DNA of 64,000 bases. It comes from Negaprion brevirostris. Lineage: Eukaryota. The notes under the pieces are model-generated. The model made no database searches, had not been told where the DNA came from, and saw only the letters and a program-made list of their open reading frames with translations. How positions within the stretch are numbered: position 1 is the stretch's first letter; the number at the start of each line of letters is the position of its first letter. The stretch spans positions 86,271,719 through 86,335,718 of the forward strand of contig JARDVH010000084.1 of NCBI GenBank assembly GCA_030324005.1, given 5' to 3'. This document shows positions 38,504-51,073 of this stretch, one piece after another. Both the position numbers and the translations under genes were made by a program.

Positions 38504-39544
38504 GCTCCAAGTCTGCCTTAACATTTTCTATCTTTAAGCAAATTTATCAAGTACTCTTTACAATTGCACAAAATAGTTCTTCACAGCTCACAAAATACTC
38601 CGGCTTTGATTCACAGTCATTTCTTCTTTTCAATCTATTTCTCCGCAGTCCATGATTCTCCCAGTGTTCCACAACAAACGTTCGACGGGACGAATTTTAA
38701 ATTTCCTGGTCCCGGTGCTCTGAATTTAATCATTTGCAGGCAGTTGCCGTTCACTGGAGTGTGCAAACAGGCGCCCAGAAAGGCGTCAATGTTAGAAATT
38801 TGACCAAGCGTCAGCAATTAGTTATTTTCAGGGGCCAACTTTTCATCTGATAGCCCCTTACAGTCGAGGACGAATTGCTCCACTCCAGGGTAGAATTTGT
38901 GAGAGGTGCATGAACGAATCTTGGAATTGCAGACACTGTCCCAGGTTTGGTAGGTCGTGGTTGATAAGCTCCGTCGGACACGTCAGTTTCTGCACTTGCT
39001 TGCTGCTGAATACGCTTGCCCTTCATGTGCACCACATGGTTATTCTCTTCGTTGATTGACCCAGTGTTTGGCAGCTTCACAAATTCTTCTTCAGCAGTTT
39101 ANNNNNNNNNNNNNNNNNNNNNNNNNNNNNNNNNNNNNNNNNNNNNNNNNNNNNNNNNNNNNNNNNNNNNNNNNNNNNNNNNNNNNNNNNNNNNNNNNNN
39201 NGCAGGCATGATGTGATTCGATCTTTCAGAAACTGCTTAGAAACGTGTGTTCTTACCAGAATCCGTCTCCTGCTGTTGGCAAATGTGAGCGGATTTGTTG
39301 ACTGTGCGATTGTTCATCCAGCGCTTCTGATGGAAATGCACAGCAGCGAGAAGGACGGCCTCTTCACTGTTTATCGCAACAGTGACTATCTCCGCCTGTC
39401 AATCAGTGATGCGGCTGAATCAACATTTCCTGTGCAGTTTTATGTTGGGTAATCTTTCGAGAATTAAAGCACAAAATAAAGCATGAAAAAAAACAAATGT
39501 TTCTTCCAGTTTTTTTGGAACAACATTTCGGTATTTGATTGCCA

Positions 39545-39627
39545 GAAGTCGTGGCCGACTGGTTAAGTCGGTGGACTAGTAAATCCATTGGGATTTCCCC
39601 GCGCAAGTTCGAATCCTGTCGACTACG
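39545..39627 (+). pseudogene. tRNA-Ser(AGA)-derived copy with 8-nt anticodon loop (probable pseudogene)
   Basis: GAAGTCGTGGCCGACTGGTTAAGTCGGTGGACTAGTAAATCCATTGGGATTTCCCCGCGCAAGTTCGAATCCTGTCGACTACG, 83 nt; single mismatches in acceptor, D, variable and T stems. Confidence 0.88.
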
Positions 39628-40622
39628 ACTCCAATTCTGCATTAATATCTTATACCTTTAACCAAGTTTATCAGGTACTCTTTATACCTTGCAGAAAATG
39701 GTTCTCCACAACTCACAAAATACTCCGATTCTGATTCACAGTTATTTCATCTTCTCAATCTATTTCTCCGCAGTATATGATTCTCCCAGTGTTCCACAAC
39801 AAGCGTTCAACGGGTCGATTTTTAAATTTCCTGGTCTATAGATTCAGGAAGTGGTCCCGGTGCTGTGAATTTAATCATTTTCAGGCAGTTGCCGTTCACT
39901 GGAGTGTGCAAACGGGTGCCCAGAACGGCGTCAATGTTAGAAATTTGACCAAGCGTCAGCAATTAGTTATTTTCAGAGGCCAACTTTTCATCTGATAGTC
40001 CCTTACAGTCGAGAACGAATTGCTCCACTCCAGGGTAGAAATTCTGAGAGGTGCATAATCGAATCTTGGAAATGCAGACACTGTCCCAGTTTTGGTAGAT
40101 CATGGTTGATAAGCTCGGTCGGACACGTCAGTTTCTGCACTTGCTTGCTGCTGAATACCCTTCATGTGCACCACATGATTACTCCCTTCGTTGATTGACC
40201 CAGTTTTTGGCAGCTTCACAGATTCTTCTTCAGCAGTTTATGCATTCTAAGGCAAGCGCAATCCTCGAGCTGGTGCGGTTGTTGATTTTTTGTTGTACTT
40301 GTTTAGGAAGTCTTGTGCTGGCGTGTGCATTTCACCCGCCACCTGTTGTGGTGGGTGAAATTGGAAGAAAAATGTAAAGTAGGCCTTTATTCCAAGTTGG
40401 ATGTAATACAAAAGCACTCAATTCATGCTGTAATTGCACACGGAATTGATGAGACCATACATAACGCTGTACATTGACGTTCAGTCTCGTTGATAAAAGA
40501 GGAATTCTGGCCGTGAAGTCAGTTCTGAGAATTTCGACGACGGAACAAAGTTTTGGGTAGATTGGAGTGCTGAAGAATGAGGGTTGATTCAGCTTCGCTA
40601 CGCATCAGTGACTATGCGTGAC

Positions 40623-40695
40623 GCCATGACCGTATAGTGGTGAGTACTCTGCGTTGTGGCCGCAGGAACCTTTCTTTCGATTCCGAGTCACAACA
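40623..40695 (+). pseudogene. tRNA-His(GTG)-derived pseudogene
   Basis: GCCATGACCGTATAGTGGTGAGTACTCTGCGTTGTGGCCGCAGGAACCTTTCTTTCGATTCCGAGTCACAACA; anticodon arm intact, T and acceptor stems broken. Confidence 0.85.
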
Positions 40696-42884
40696 AAAGT
40701 TATGTTCAATATTTCCGTGAACCATCAGTGAGATAAACTTGAAAAATCTTATTTTTGTTCTTGGCGAAATTGTTGATTTTTTTCCACAAACTGAGCACAT
40801 GCCCATGTCCCTTGTTGATGCTGCAGAAATCAAACGGTCAGCATGAAAATCATCATCAATTGGATATAATCTATTGGAAATAGTGCGTGATTTCAGTACT
40901 TACGCGATTTGATCTGAAACGGTTAAATTACACTCTTCAGTCTGGTGTAAAACTGTGGAATACATTGACACTGGACGGAGGCTATGGCTAATAGAGGACA
41001 GAGATAATTCTAATCCTTTCCAACATTGGCTTACAAATATTAGGGCTGGGATTTGGTCAACAATAAACGGTTGAAAGGCACATTCTACAATGGTCAAGTT
41101 GAACTGTCAGCTGGATGCAGTCGATCCACAGCGCGATTAGGTTAAGCAGGGAATTTAATTCATATTCAGAACAACTTGTCGTGCAAACACGGAAATTCAC
41201 GACTCTCCTAACCATTTCTTAATCGATTTTCCAGACAATCTGCATAGTTGGAATTGAAAATCCAATGCAAGTCTCGACAGGCAAAACGCTGTTTCCTTCG
41301 GCTGCAACGGAAGTATCTGCTAAACAATGCTAGCTCTGATGTTAACGAATGAATTTTAGCGTTACTTTGGAAACATCTCTTTCAAATATAAACAGAACAC
41401 GATGTCCCTGGTACCGGTTTCTACCGCATCTGAAAATGCTAAGGTATGAGACGAGAATAAACGAACTATTACTGTTTCTACGGACGTACTGCAAATGCAT
41501 TACCACGAAGCATAATCCACAATACAGATCAAAGCTTGGCAATCTTGTGACATTTCGAACACATTCAAATCTGGTTTCAAGCTACATTCCCATTGCAGCT
41601 GTACTACTGACACTTGTGACACTAATAAATCTGAAACCATTCAGGAGAAATTAGGATGGACAATAATGCTGGCATCCGATGAATGATTTTTTAAAAATCT
41701 ATTTTCTCAGACCTTTCCATTATTCTCTAAATAGTTCATCCCCGAGATGGGGGGCACACACTTGCACATGGTCGAATATTCAGCATGGTGCCAGCATCCA
41801 GCACCTGGCCACTGGGAAATTAAGGGATGATGCCGTTCTCCCAACATCCCTGGAGAGAGAATCAATGTCAAATGATATGGTGGCAGTCCACGGGGAATCA
41901 AACAAAGACTTGAAATGGAGAGTTTTTACAGGACTGTAGGTTTAGGGCTGGCGAAATGACTGAGAATTGTTCCTCCTCTTGTTGGACTGCATACATGTGA
42001 AAAGGTTCCATTAATGTAGCTTGCAGCTCTGTTGACGCAGCTCTTACGGATCCTATAGTTATTTTATCAATGTTGAGGCCATATTGCCAGATTGCAAAAC
42101 ATTTTTGATCTATGAATGAGATGTCTTGTTCGCAGGTAACATTCTTCATGAAACCGCTAAAGTCAAGGCTAAGCACCGGGCGATAATAGATGAGTGGTGC
42201 ATCTTTCAGAAGATATCGTATTTGCCTGCTGGGCGAGATAAAACGAAATCCCTCTAGTGATTATGAGGACACGCGGTGTTCATAGCAAAATCTCCTCAGC
42301 AGACACTCAACCTGCGGATTTATTTATTCAACAATCGTCAAAACAACCACCATCCGTCTCACTTTCTTTCTTGAGAGAAGACATTCTCTCAATATTGGCT
42401 CCATCAGCACCTCCAACAATTCACGCGGAATTGCAAGGGAGCCTGCAGCAAAAGCCTCCTTCACCTTGAAAATTACTCGGTTGTCGATCGTCTCTCCTGA
42501 GAGCATTGTTTCTTCACGATGGAAATGGGGCCATTGAACAAGATTTCACAAAACTTTGGAAAAGATTGATTGGGGCGTAGAAAGTGGGAGCTGAGCGGCA
42601 GAGGGAACCCATGTGAATGCTGAGAAAGAATTTGCGAAATGAGATGAGAGAGAATGAAGGGCGCCGACCAAGTTGACTAACAGTCAAATCTATCTGTCGT
42701 TAGCGGTGTTGAAAGATTAAAAAGGAATCAATCGATAAAGTGCAGTGGTATTTTAGGGTTGAAGGGCAGCCCTTGCTGTCCATGAGGAATTTAAAGGTCG
42801 TAATGTGTTCAGGATAATTTCGATCTTCGGAAATACGATAATTATTGTATTCCAGTGATTTCCTGAAGAATGAGTGGGTGTGTT

Positions 42885-42958
42885 GTCTCTGTGACGCAGT
42901 CGGTTAGCGCTTTCAGCTGTGAACCGAAAGGGTGGTCGTTCGATCCAACCCAGAAATG
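42885..42958 (+). pseudogene. tRNA-Asn-derived pseudogene, anticodon reads GTG
   Basis: GTCTCTGTGACGCAGTCGGTTAGCGCTTTCAGCTGTGAACCGAAAGGGTGGTCGTTCGATCCAACCCAGAAATG, 74 nt. Confidence 0.85.
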
Positions 42959-43721
42959 GCCAATGATCACATTTTGCCCCTTTCAAGCTTTCTTTCGCAC
43001 TGTGTTGTATTCTGTCTTTTGCTGCTGATAAAGAGAAGGCGCAAAAATGTGCAAGACCTCATGTTCGGATGTCACTTTCCAACAGTGTATCAATCTCATT
43101 TCATGGAAAGTACACTGACATCCACCCGTTAGGAATACTGCATTTGAATAAAAATGTCCTTCGCAAGTGACCAGGAGTATGGAAGATGACATCAATTTTC
43201 TAAACAGGTGAACCAATCCATTTTCATACAATCAACAAATCTACTCAATATTTCATACTGGCAATGACTCAACCACAGCAGTTGCTCCAGTATATGTCGA
43301 TAATTCACTAAATGTTCTCATGCAGGTAGAGCAAATTATTTGTAGAAGTTGATGGAATGTCCGCCTTTCCAGAAGGAAGACATCAGGATTGCAGTCGTGC
43401 ATCAATTTCTCAAAACTTGGAAAGACTGCACGTTGTGTACGGAGTGCTTTTTTGTTCTTTTGACCACAGAAACATCGTAAGTGCGAAACATGAAGCAAAA
43501 TTGAAGGCAAGCAGATGTGTTTGGTATTGTGGCTCACTTGAAATTTTCCTCTACTAATGTAAAGAAGAATATTTTAATACTGCACGGAGCAGCGGGACAG
43601 TTGAAAGGGTTAGCATCCGGAATGTTATTCTGCTCTGAGAAATTATGCGGCGGTTCCAGTTCTGAAGACAGACAATGTTGCAATGTCTAAATGGTAACAC
43701 GATCGATCTTTTGTATGGGAA

Positions 43722-43793
43722 GCCGCGATCGTTTAGTCATTAATACTCTCCGTTGTGGCTGTAGCAACCTCGCTTCGAATCCGAGCTACGAAA
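43722..43793 (+). pseudogene. tRNA-His(GTG)-derived pseudogene
   Basis: GCCGCGATCGTTTAGTCATTAATACTCTCCGTTGTGGCTGTAGCAACCTCGCTTCGAATCCGAGCTACG. Confidence 0.82.
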
Positions 43794-45269
43794 TCTTGTG
43801 TTTTGATTTTCATTCTCAAAACAACGCGGGGAAAAATCAATTTTTACGCGTAGACACACACTGTTCTTTAAGACATCATCCATTGATCGTTTCTTTACGG
43901 AGCGTATGTTTATCTCCTTGTTTGAGTATCCAGAACTCAAACAATCAACATTAATATGAACCAGCTGGCAACACTCAGGCGTCTAATTCAATGCGCAAAT
44001 TCACCTGCAGCGGGAAAACGGTATTTCCATGTGGGTGTCGAAATTACGAACATATTATCGCGGAGCAGCAGCTGTCGTTTCGCTGGGAACACAACGCTTC
44101 ACTTTGTTCACAGCAGAGTATGTGCACTAAAGTCAAGGCGAGTCAGCGGCCGACGACATATGGATCAGTGGCGCCGTCTTTCAGAAGACATCTAACTTGC
44201 CTGTTCGGCTGTTTAAAATGGAACCCGGTGCACTGTCTTCGCTTCACGAACTAGGCCATTCGTGATTATGAGAGCACGCAGTGTGCATCCGAAAACTTTC
44301 TCACCTCAAACTCTAGCTGCGGATTTATTTTTTTTTTTGCAGAATTGGCCAACCCGTCATCTTCCGTCTCACAGTCTTTCCGGAGAAAAGACATCCGCTC
44401 CATAATTGCTCTGTCAACATCTCCAAGAATTCAGCCGGAATTGTCTGGGAGCCTGCAGCAAAACCCTCCTTCACCCTGAGAATTATTCCCTTGTCTTTTG
44501 TCTCTCTTGGGAGCGGTGTCTCCTGTCGCTGGAGGTGGGAGCACTGAGCAAGTCTTGACAAAACTTTGGAAAAGATTGTGAGTCGGGTGGAGGAACTGGG
44601 ATTTGAGAGACAGAAGGAACCCAATCAGCAGCTTGTGAAGTTTGAGAAGGAATTAGCGAAATTAGATCAGATAGAATGATGGGTGAACTGTCTCGCTGAG
44701 AAGGAATCAAATCACATGTCCGTCGTTTTACGGCACTTCAGAATTAAAATGGGACAGAATTGTTGAAATGAAGGAGATGTTGGGGCTGAAACGGCAGCTC
44801 GAANNNNNNNNNNNNNNNNNNNNNNNNNNNNNNNNNNNNNNNNNNNNNNNNNNNNNNNNNNNNNNNNNNNNNNNNNNNNNNNNNNNNNNNNNNNNNNNNN
44901 NNNATGGCCTACTCCTGCTCCTACTTCTTATTTTCTTATGTTCCCAGGGGAAAATATGCAAAATTGTGAGTTCATATGCCAACAGATTCAAGAAAAAATT
45001 CTTCACTGCTGCCACCAGATCTGAATGGACATACCTTACTTTAATTTGTTCTTTCGTTACCCCCTCACTATATGTGAAACCATATTCTACATACTCTCCT
45101 TTCCTTCTCCCCTGTGTACGCAATAAACGGGATGATTGGTCTGAAACAGTCCAAGATAATTGCAATCTGTCCGCACGCAACGTGCTCAAGCAGTCAGAAA
45201 TGAGAGAAAGATAGCGAGACGAAGAGGCAGACAAAGGGGGTGAGTAAGTGCATTTGTCAGAGACAGACG

Positions 45270-45350
45270 GACAAACAGACATACATAGAGAGATAGCTCG
45301 ATAGCTAGCTCGATCGATAGACGGCTAGATAGATAGATAGATAGATATTA
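45270..45350. repeat. Degenerate (GACA)/(GCTA)/(GATA)n microsatellite
   Basis: ...CTAGATAGATAGATAGATAGATA; paralog at ~52480-52540. Confidence 0.8.
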
Positions 45351-45399
45351 GCCGGAAGACTTACAGGGATAACAGGGTTAAATCTGACAGCAACAGATT

Positions 45400-46160
45400 T
45401 GATTTGACCAAGAATGAGACAAAGTACGGAAAAGAGGCATAGACTCCGGCGAAACTATACGGCGACAGTAACCTTCCACTTCATGTCCGCAAAACGAAGG
45501 TGGTAGCCATTGAATTCAGGAGGAATGCCCCTGTCCACATCAACGGTAATGCAGTGAAAATTGTCCAGTGCTTCACGTTTCTCGGTATCCAGATCACCAA
45601 CAATCGTCCCTGGCCCCTCTAAATGGGCCATAGCTACGAAAGCACACCAACGCCTCTACTTCCACAGGAGTGTTAGCAAATTCGACAGGTCGGCGGCGAC
45701 TCTCACCAGTTTTCACAGGTGCACAATAGAAAACATTCTTTCCAGATGTATCACAGCTTGGTATTGCTCCTGCTCTAATCATGGCGCAACAAATGACAAG
45801 GGATTGTAGACATAGCCTAGTCCATCATATAGACAAACGTCCCATGCATAGACTGTGTCTCTACCTCCCGCTGCCTGGGAAAAGTAACCAACACAAGCAT
45901 GGATTCCACGTACCTGGATATATTCTCTTTTACCTTCTTCGGTGGGACAATATACAAAACTCTGTGTTCATGTGCCAAACGATGCAAGAACAGCGTCTTC
46001 CCGACTGCCATCAGAACTTGAATGCACGTATCTTATAACAAGCAGAACTTTCTCTACACCCTAGCTATGTGTAACATTACATTCTGCACCCGCTCATTTC
46101 CTCTCCCCTGTGCCCGCTATGAACGGAATGCTTGTTCCGTATAGCACAAGGAACAGTGAG
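45400..46160 (+). mobile_element. Rex1/Babar LINE 3' fragment
   Basis: PVHINGNAVKIV..F.FLG.QITNN, RCTIENILSRCITAWY; same family as 8180-9815; another 3' end at ~44940-45130. Confidence 0.75.
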
Positions 46161-46254
46161 GAATCCAAGAGAAATGCAATCTGACTGGGCTCAAAATGCT
46201 CGACCAGACAGAAACTAGTGAGAGGTAACGAGATGAACAGGCAGAAAAAGGGAG

Positions 46255-46460
46255 TGAGTGTGTGTGAGAGAGAGAGACAGACGTACAGATAGACATTTAG
46301 AGAGAGAGAGAGAGAGCAAGATAATTAGATAGCTAGCTAGAGAGCTAACTATATAACTAGAAAAAATAGATAAATAGACAGAGAGACCGACAGATAGACA
46401 GACAGAAATAGATAGATAGAAAGAAAGGAAGAAAGAAAGAAAGAACGAAAGAAAGAAAGG
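46255..46460. repeat. Compound (GA)n/(GATA)n/(GAAA)n microsatellite
   Basis: Purine-rich tandem tracts read directly; paralog at 53440-53540 runs into a gap. Confidence 0.8.
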
Positions 46461-46479
46461 TGGCCGTGCAAGAATTCTA

Positions 46480-46675
46480 TTATACTAGATATGCCGCTTA
46501 GATGGATTGGACATGCTAAATTGTTGCATACAGTCCAAAAAATATGTAGAATAAGGGGATTAGTGGAATGAATATGAGGGATTACGGGGTGTGGCGGTGG
46601 AAGGGCAGGAGTTAAATGGTCTGTTGGAGTGTCGGTCTATACTCGATTCAGCGCTGCAGCGATTTCATGATTCTC
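46480..46675 (+). mobile_element. HE1-type V-SINE 3' half
   Basis: GCTTAGATGGATTGGACATGCTAAATTG...GGGGATTAGTGG...GATTTCATGATTCT; paralog at 53700-53895. Confidence 0.6.
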
Positions 46676-46882
46676 AATTATGATATCGCTGCACTGTTCT
46701 CGGCTGGCTTATTGAACACTCCCGAAAATTAACTGCCAATTACTTACAAAAATGTATATTCTTCAATTACAAAATACGTTGTCTTGCCCTGCAGGAAATT
46801 CTGATCCTTCCTGAACAGCTGCTTCACACTTTGGCCAAGTGGCACAGCAGTGATCACAGCGACTTGCAATTGATGCTGTGGC

Positions 46883-46955
46883 GTCGTGATTGGGAAAGCG
46901 GTTAATTTTCCACATTGTGACCGCAGTAAACTCGGCTCGAATGGGAGTCATGTGC
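46883..46955 (+). pseudogene. tRNA-His(GTG)-derived pseudogene
   Basis: GTCGTGATTGGGAAAGCGGTTAATTTTCCACATTGTGACCGCAGTAAACTCGGCTCGAATGGGAGTCATG. Confidence 0.7.
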
Positions 46956-47653
46956 TGCAGCCTTTTCCTCACTGTGCTACTAACTGTAAAATGGGCTGCT
47001 GAGAAAAGACTTCATTGCATTCCGATATGCATGCTCTTAACGAGAACAACGTTTAGTTATCAGATGTTTGAAACTGTACAGTTCAAATCAGCCGCTTACC
47101 TCAGATTTGTCTTCTTTGCACTATCAAAACGCCTTTAGTATTCTCCGTCACTGTGTTTGTCACTTTTGCTGATAACTGCCGAATCTATGAATCATTTCAT
47201 ATAATTACGTCCTTAAGTTTGTTTTACTGCCGTCGCTGGGAGTACGTGCACCAATCAGATCATGGTGGTCCCGAAATACTTTCGGTCAGTGTGACTGTCA
47301 AGCAAGTAAGTGTCTCGAAGTAAGTAATTACTTTGGAATTGCGGTGGTGGGATTTCTCACAACTTTCCTTTCGTAAATCGAATTTTTTTAAAAAATCAGT
47401 GAAACGAGTCTTTGATCAATTACAGATGGAATCACTGGACGATGGTCTGACGAGTCTTTGCGCTGTGATTAAACGGTTAATGTGCCTAACCCATTTTCTG
47501 CTTGAAATATGGAATTAATTTATTAAAAAAAACAGCTGGTATGCGACTTGCTCGACGCGAGCCAGTTTCGCCNNNNNNNNNNATAGCAGCTTGCATTGGA
47601 TCCTTCTTCGGTATACGATGTAAGACATATACAAATGCATTGCGACTACATTG

Positions 47654-47730
47654 AGGAACGAACGGGTATCGAAACAGGGATTTTTTTTTTCAATTAGGAA
47701 AGAAACACCTTGCTACTTGGCCAACGCGCC
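47654..47730 (-). pseudogene. tRNA-Thr(CGT)-derived pseudogene
   Basis: Reverse complement GGCGCGTTGGCCAAGTAGCAAGGTG...ATCCCTGTTTCGATACCCGTTCGTTCCT, with an expanded A-run. Confidence 0.7.
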
Positions 47731-47929
47731 CACTACACAAAGAGTTTAAGAAATCCCCTGAAATAGAGTATTCCATGACGGGAAGAGTATTGCAGACTGT
47801 TCCAGGGTATTCAAAGCAGGTTACAAAATATCAATTGCTTCAATTACCTCGGATTTTAGTGAGAAAAAAGAACGGTCAGAAAGCTTTCAGCGGTGAAAGT
47901 GGGGCTTTGTTTAACTGAGGGCGACAGAT

Positions 47930-48322
47930 TTGGTTTGTTCAAGGATGAGACGGAGTACAGAAAATTGATAGAGAATCTGATGAAAAATGTGCGGCGACAG
48001 TAAGCCCTCGCTTCATGTCAGTAAAACGAAGGAGGTGGTCACTGAATGCAGGAGGACATGACTTTGTCCACATCAACGGCGACGAAGTGGAAATTATCCA
48101 GAGCGTCACGTTTCTCAGATCATGTGGAGATCAGAAAAAACGTATCCTGACCCATCCAATAGATAAGAAAGCTGATCAGCGCCACTATTTTCCCAGGAGG
48201 CTAAGGAACTTCTGCAGGTCGGCTACGACTCGCACCAGCTTTTAAAGAGGAACAAGAGAAAGCATCCTTTCCAGATGCATCTTGGCTTGGTATAGTTCCT
48301 GCTCTAAGCAAACGCAACAAAC
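47930..48322 (+). mobile_element. Rex1/Babar LINE fragment
   Basis: VHINGDEVEIIQSVTFL...KKADQRHYFPRRLRNF; paralog of 51560-51960. Confidence 0.7.
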
Positions 48323-49543
48323 NNNNNNNNNNNNNNNNNNNNNNNNNNNNNNNNNNNNNNNNNNNNNNNNNNNNNNNNNNNNNNNNNNNNNNNNNNNNNN
48401 NNNNNNNNNNNNNNNNNNNNNNTCGAAGGGCTAGATGGCCTACTCCTGCTCCTATTTCTTATGTTCTTATGAAGTGCCATTCTCAAAACGAGGCGTTGAG
48501 AAATTCATTTTTTATGCGTGGACATACACTCCTATTGAAGACAGAACCTGTTGATAGTTTCCTTACGGAGCGTATGTTTATCCCCTTGATTGAGTATCCA
48601 GAACTCAAACAGTCAACATTAAAAATGAACCAGCTGGCCACACTCAACCCTCTAATTCCATACGCAATTTCACCTGCAGTGGGAAAATTGTATTTCGACG
48701 TGGGCTACGAAATTACGAACATGGTATCGCGGAGCAACAGCTGTAGTTGCACTGGGAACACAATGTTCCATTTTTTCTCACAGCAGAGTATGCGCACTGA
48801 AGTCAAGGCTAGCCATCGGGTGATAATAAATGAGTGGTGCCGTCTTTTAGGAGACATCTAACTTGCCTCTTTTCTTCATTTCCCGAAATAGATCATTCGA
48901 AATAATGAGAGCACGAGGTGCGCATGCAAAAATCTTCTCACCTCATACTCCAGCTGCGTATTTATTTATTCAACAATTGTCAAAACCGCCATCTTACGTC
49001 TCACTGTATTTTCTGAGAAAAGACATCAGCTCCATATTTTCTCTATCAGCATCTCCAACAAGTCACCCGGAATTGTTTGAGAGCCCGCAGCAAACCCTCC
49101 TTCAACTTGACAATTATTCCAGTGAATTTCGTCTCTCCTGAGGGCGGTGTTTCCTAACACAGGATGTGGGAGCACAGAGCACGATTTGACAAAGCTTTGG
49201 AAAAGATTTGGAGTAGGGTGGAGAAAGTGGCAACTGAGCGGCAGAGGGAACAGAATCACCAGCTTGTGAATGTTGAGAAGTAATTTGCGAAATGAGATGA
49301 GAGATAATGAAGGGGGCTGTGACTCGCTGAGAAAGAGTCAAATCACCTGTCCTTCGTTCGCCGTGTCTCAAGATTCAAATGGGAAGGAATTGGTGAAATG
49401 AAGCGGTATTTTGGGGGTTGAAAATGCATCCCTTGCTGCCGATGAGGATTGAAAGGTCGTAAAGTGCTCAGGGCAATTTCGATTTTCAGAGACGCGATAA
49501 TAATTTTATTTCAGTGATTTCCTGAAAAGTGAGTTCATTTGTT

Positions 49544-49617
49544 GTCTCTGTGGCTCAATCGGTTACCGCGATCGGAGACTAACTAAATGGCTGGTGGTTG
49601 GATCCCACCAAGTAACG
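49544..49617 (+). pseudogene. tRNA-Asn(GTT)-derived pseudogene
   Basis: GTCTCTGTGGCTCAATCGGTTACCGCGATCGGAGACTAACTAAATGGCTGGTGGTTGGATCCCACCAAGTAACG, 74 nt. Confidence 0.8.
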
Positions 49618-50374
49618 GTGAGCGATCCGCTTTTGCTCCTTTCATGATTACTTTCACACTGCATTCTGCCCTTTGATGCCGACAAAAAGGGAGAAAGGAT
49701 CCACCGCTCATGTTGATAAATCAGTTTCTATTTCAGCAGTGCATCGATCTCATTTCACGGAAAATGTATCTATATGCACATGTTATGAATACTGCGTTTC
49801 AAAAAAAAAATCATTCGCTCAGTGACCAGGATTTTAGAAGTTGGAATAAATGTTCTAAAGAGGTAAATTAAAACATTTTCATAATATCAACAAATATACG
49901 TAATATTTTATGAAGGTAACAAATCAACCAGGGTAGCTGCTCCATGTACTTAATTCACTAAACGCTCTCATGCAGATTCAGCAAATTATTAGAGAAGTTG
50001 ATGGAATGTTCGCCTTTCCAGAAGGAGGACATCAGTACAAGTGTAATGCAGTAATTCAGTCATGAATCAAATTGTCGAAATTTGGAAAGACTGCACGTTG
50101 TGTACAGTGTGCTGCTTTGTTCCCTTCACCATAGAAAGGTCATAAGTGCCTCCGCAGAGTAGAATTGAAGGTGAGCAGACGTAGTTGGGATTGCGGGTCA
50201 TATGCAAGTTTCCTCTACATATATAAAGAGGGAAATTCTGACACTGCACAGAGCAGTCAGATAGTTGACATGGTCGGCATCCGGAATAACATTCTTGTCT
50301 GAGGAGAAACGCGTAGATTCCAGCTCAGAAGACAGGTGCTATTACAAATCTGATAAGTTGCATCATCGAAGGTC

Positions 50375-50446
50375 GACGTGATCGTGTAATGGTTAGTGTT
50401 ATGCGTTGCCCCCGTAGCAACTTCAGTTCGATTCGGATTTAAGGCC
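50375..50446 (+). pseudogene. tRNA-His-derived pseudogene
   Basis: GACGTGATCGTGTAATGGTTAGTGTTATGCGTTGCCCCCGTAGCAACTTCAGTTCGATTCGGATTTAAGGC. Confidence 0.75.
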
Positions 50447-51073
50447 ATCAGTGTTTTAAAGTGTCTTTATCAAAACGACGCAATGAGAAAATGCGTATTC
50501 ACGCCTGGAAATACACNNNNNNNNNNACACTGCAATGTATTTTCTAAGCAATACAGGCATCTGTCCCACTTTCCCCCTTTCCCAATCTCCTATGACATCT
50601 TTGTGCAGTATCTGGCTATGCATTTCATTAAGACATGTCTGGTAGCATCTCGAGTACATATTTGCCATGCTTTGCGCGTTCTTCATATTTGCACTCGAGA
50701 GTCGTTCAGGAGTTTAAAAACCAGAAGATGTGTTCTAAATATTGTAGCCTGGAAATAAACATATTGGGAAAGAAAATATAAGAATGGCTGGAACAACACA
50801 GACGCCCACAACCACCAAAATGAAAGGTAAACATTGTGAGCGATAAAGGGCAGGTTAGTCTAATGGCAGCCAAACTAACGGAACATCAATTAATATCTGA
50901 GCCAGAGATTTAGCTCATTTCATTGATATTCATTTTAATTCTTCATTGTCATTAGAGTGTGGCATCCGGCAGAGACAAACAAATATAACGCGGAGCAGAG
51001 TATATTTGTCTTCAGCCTTGAATGGTTAGTACACGACGAAAGACATAAATAAATCGATACTGCGAATACAGTC

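Noticed and set aside
41265-41337. Possible very decayed His copy on the minus strand (TACTTCCGTTGCAGCCGAAGGAAAC)
   Set aside because: Only the anticodon-arm region is vaguely similar and the flanks are not clearly shared; not counted.
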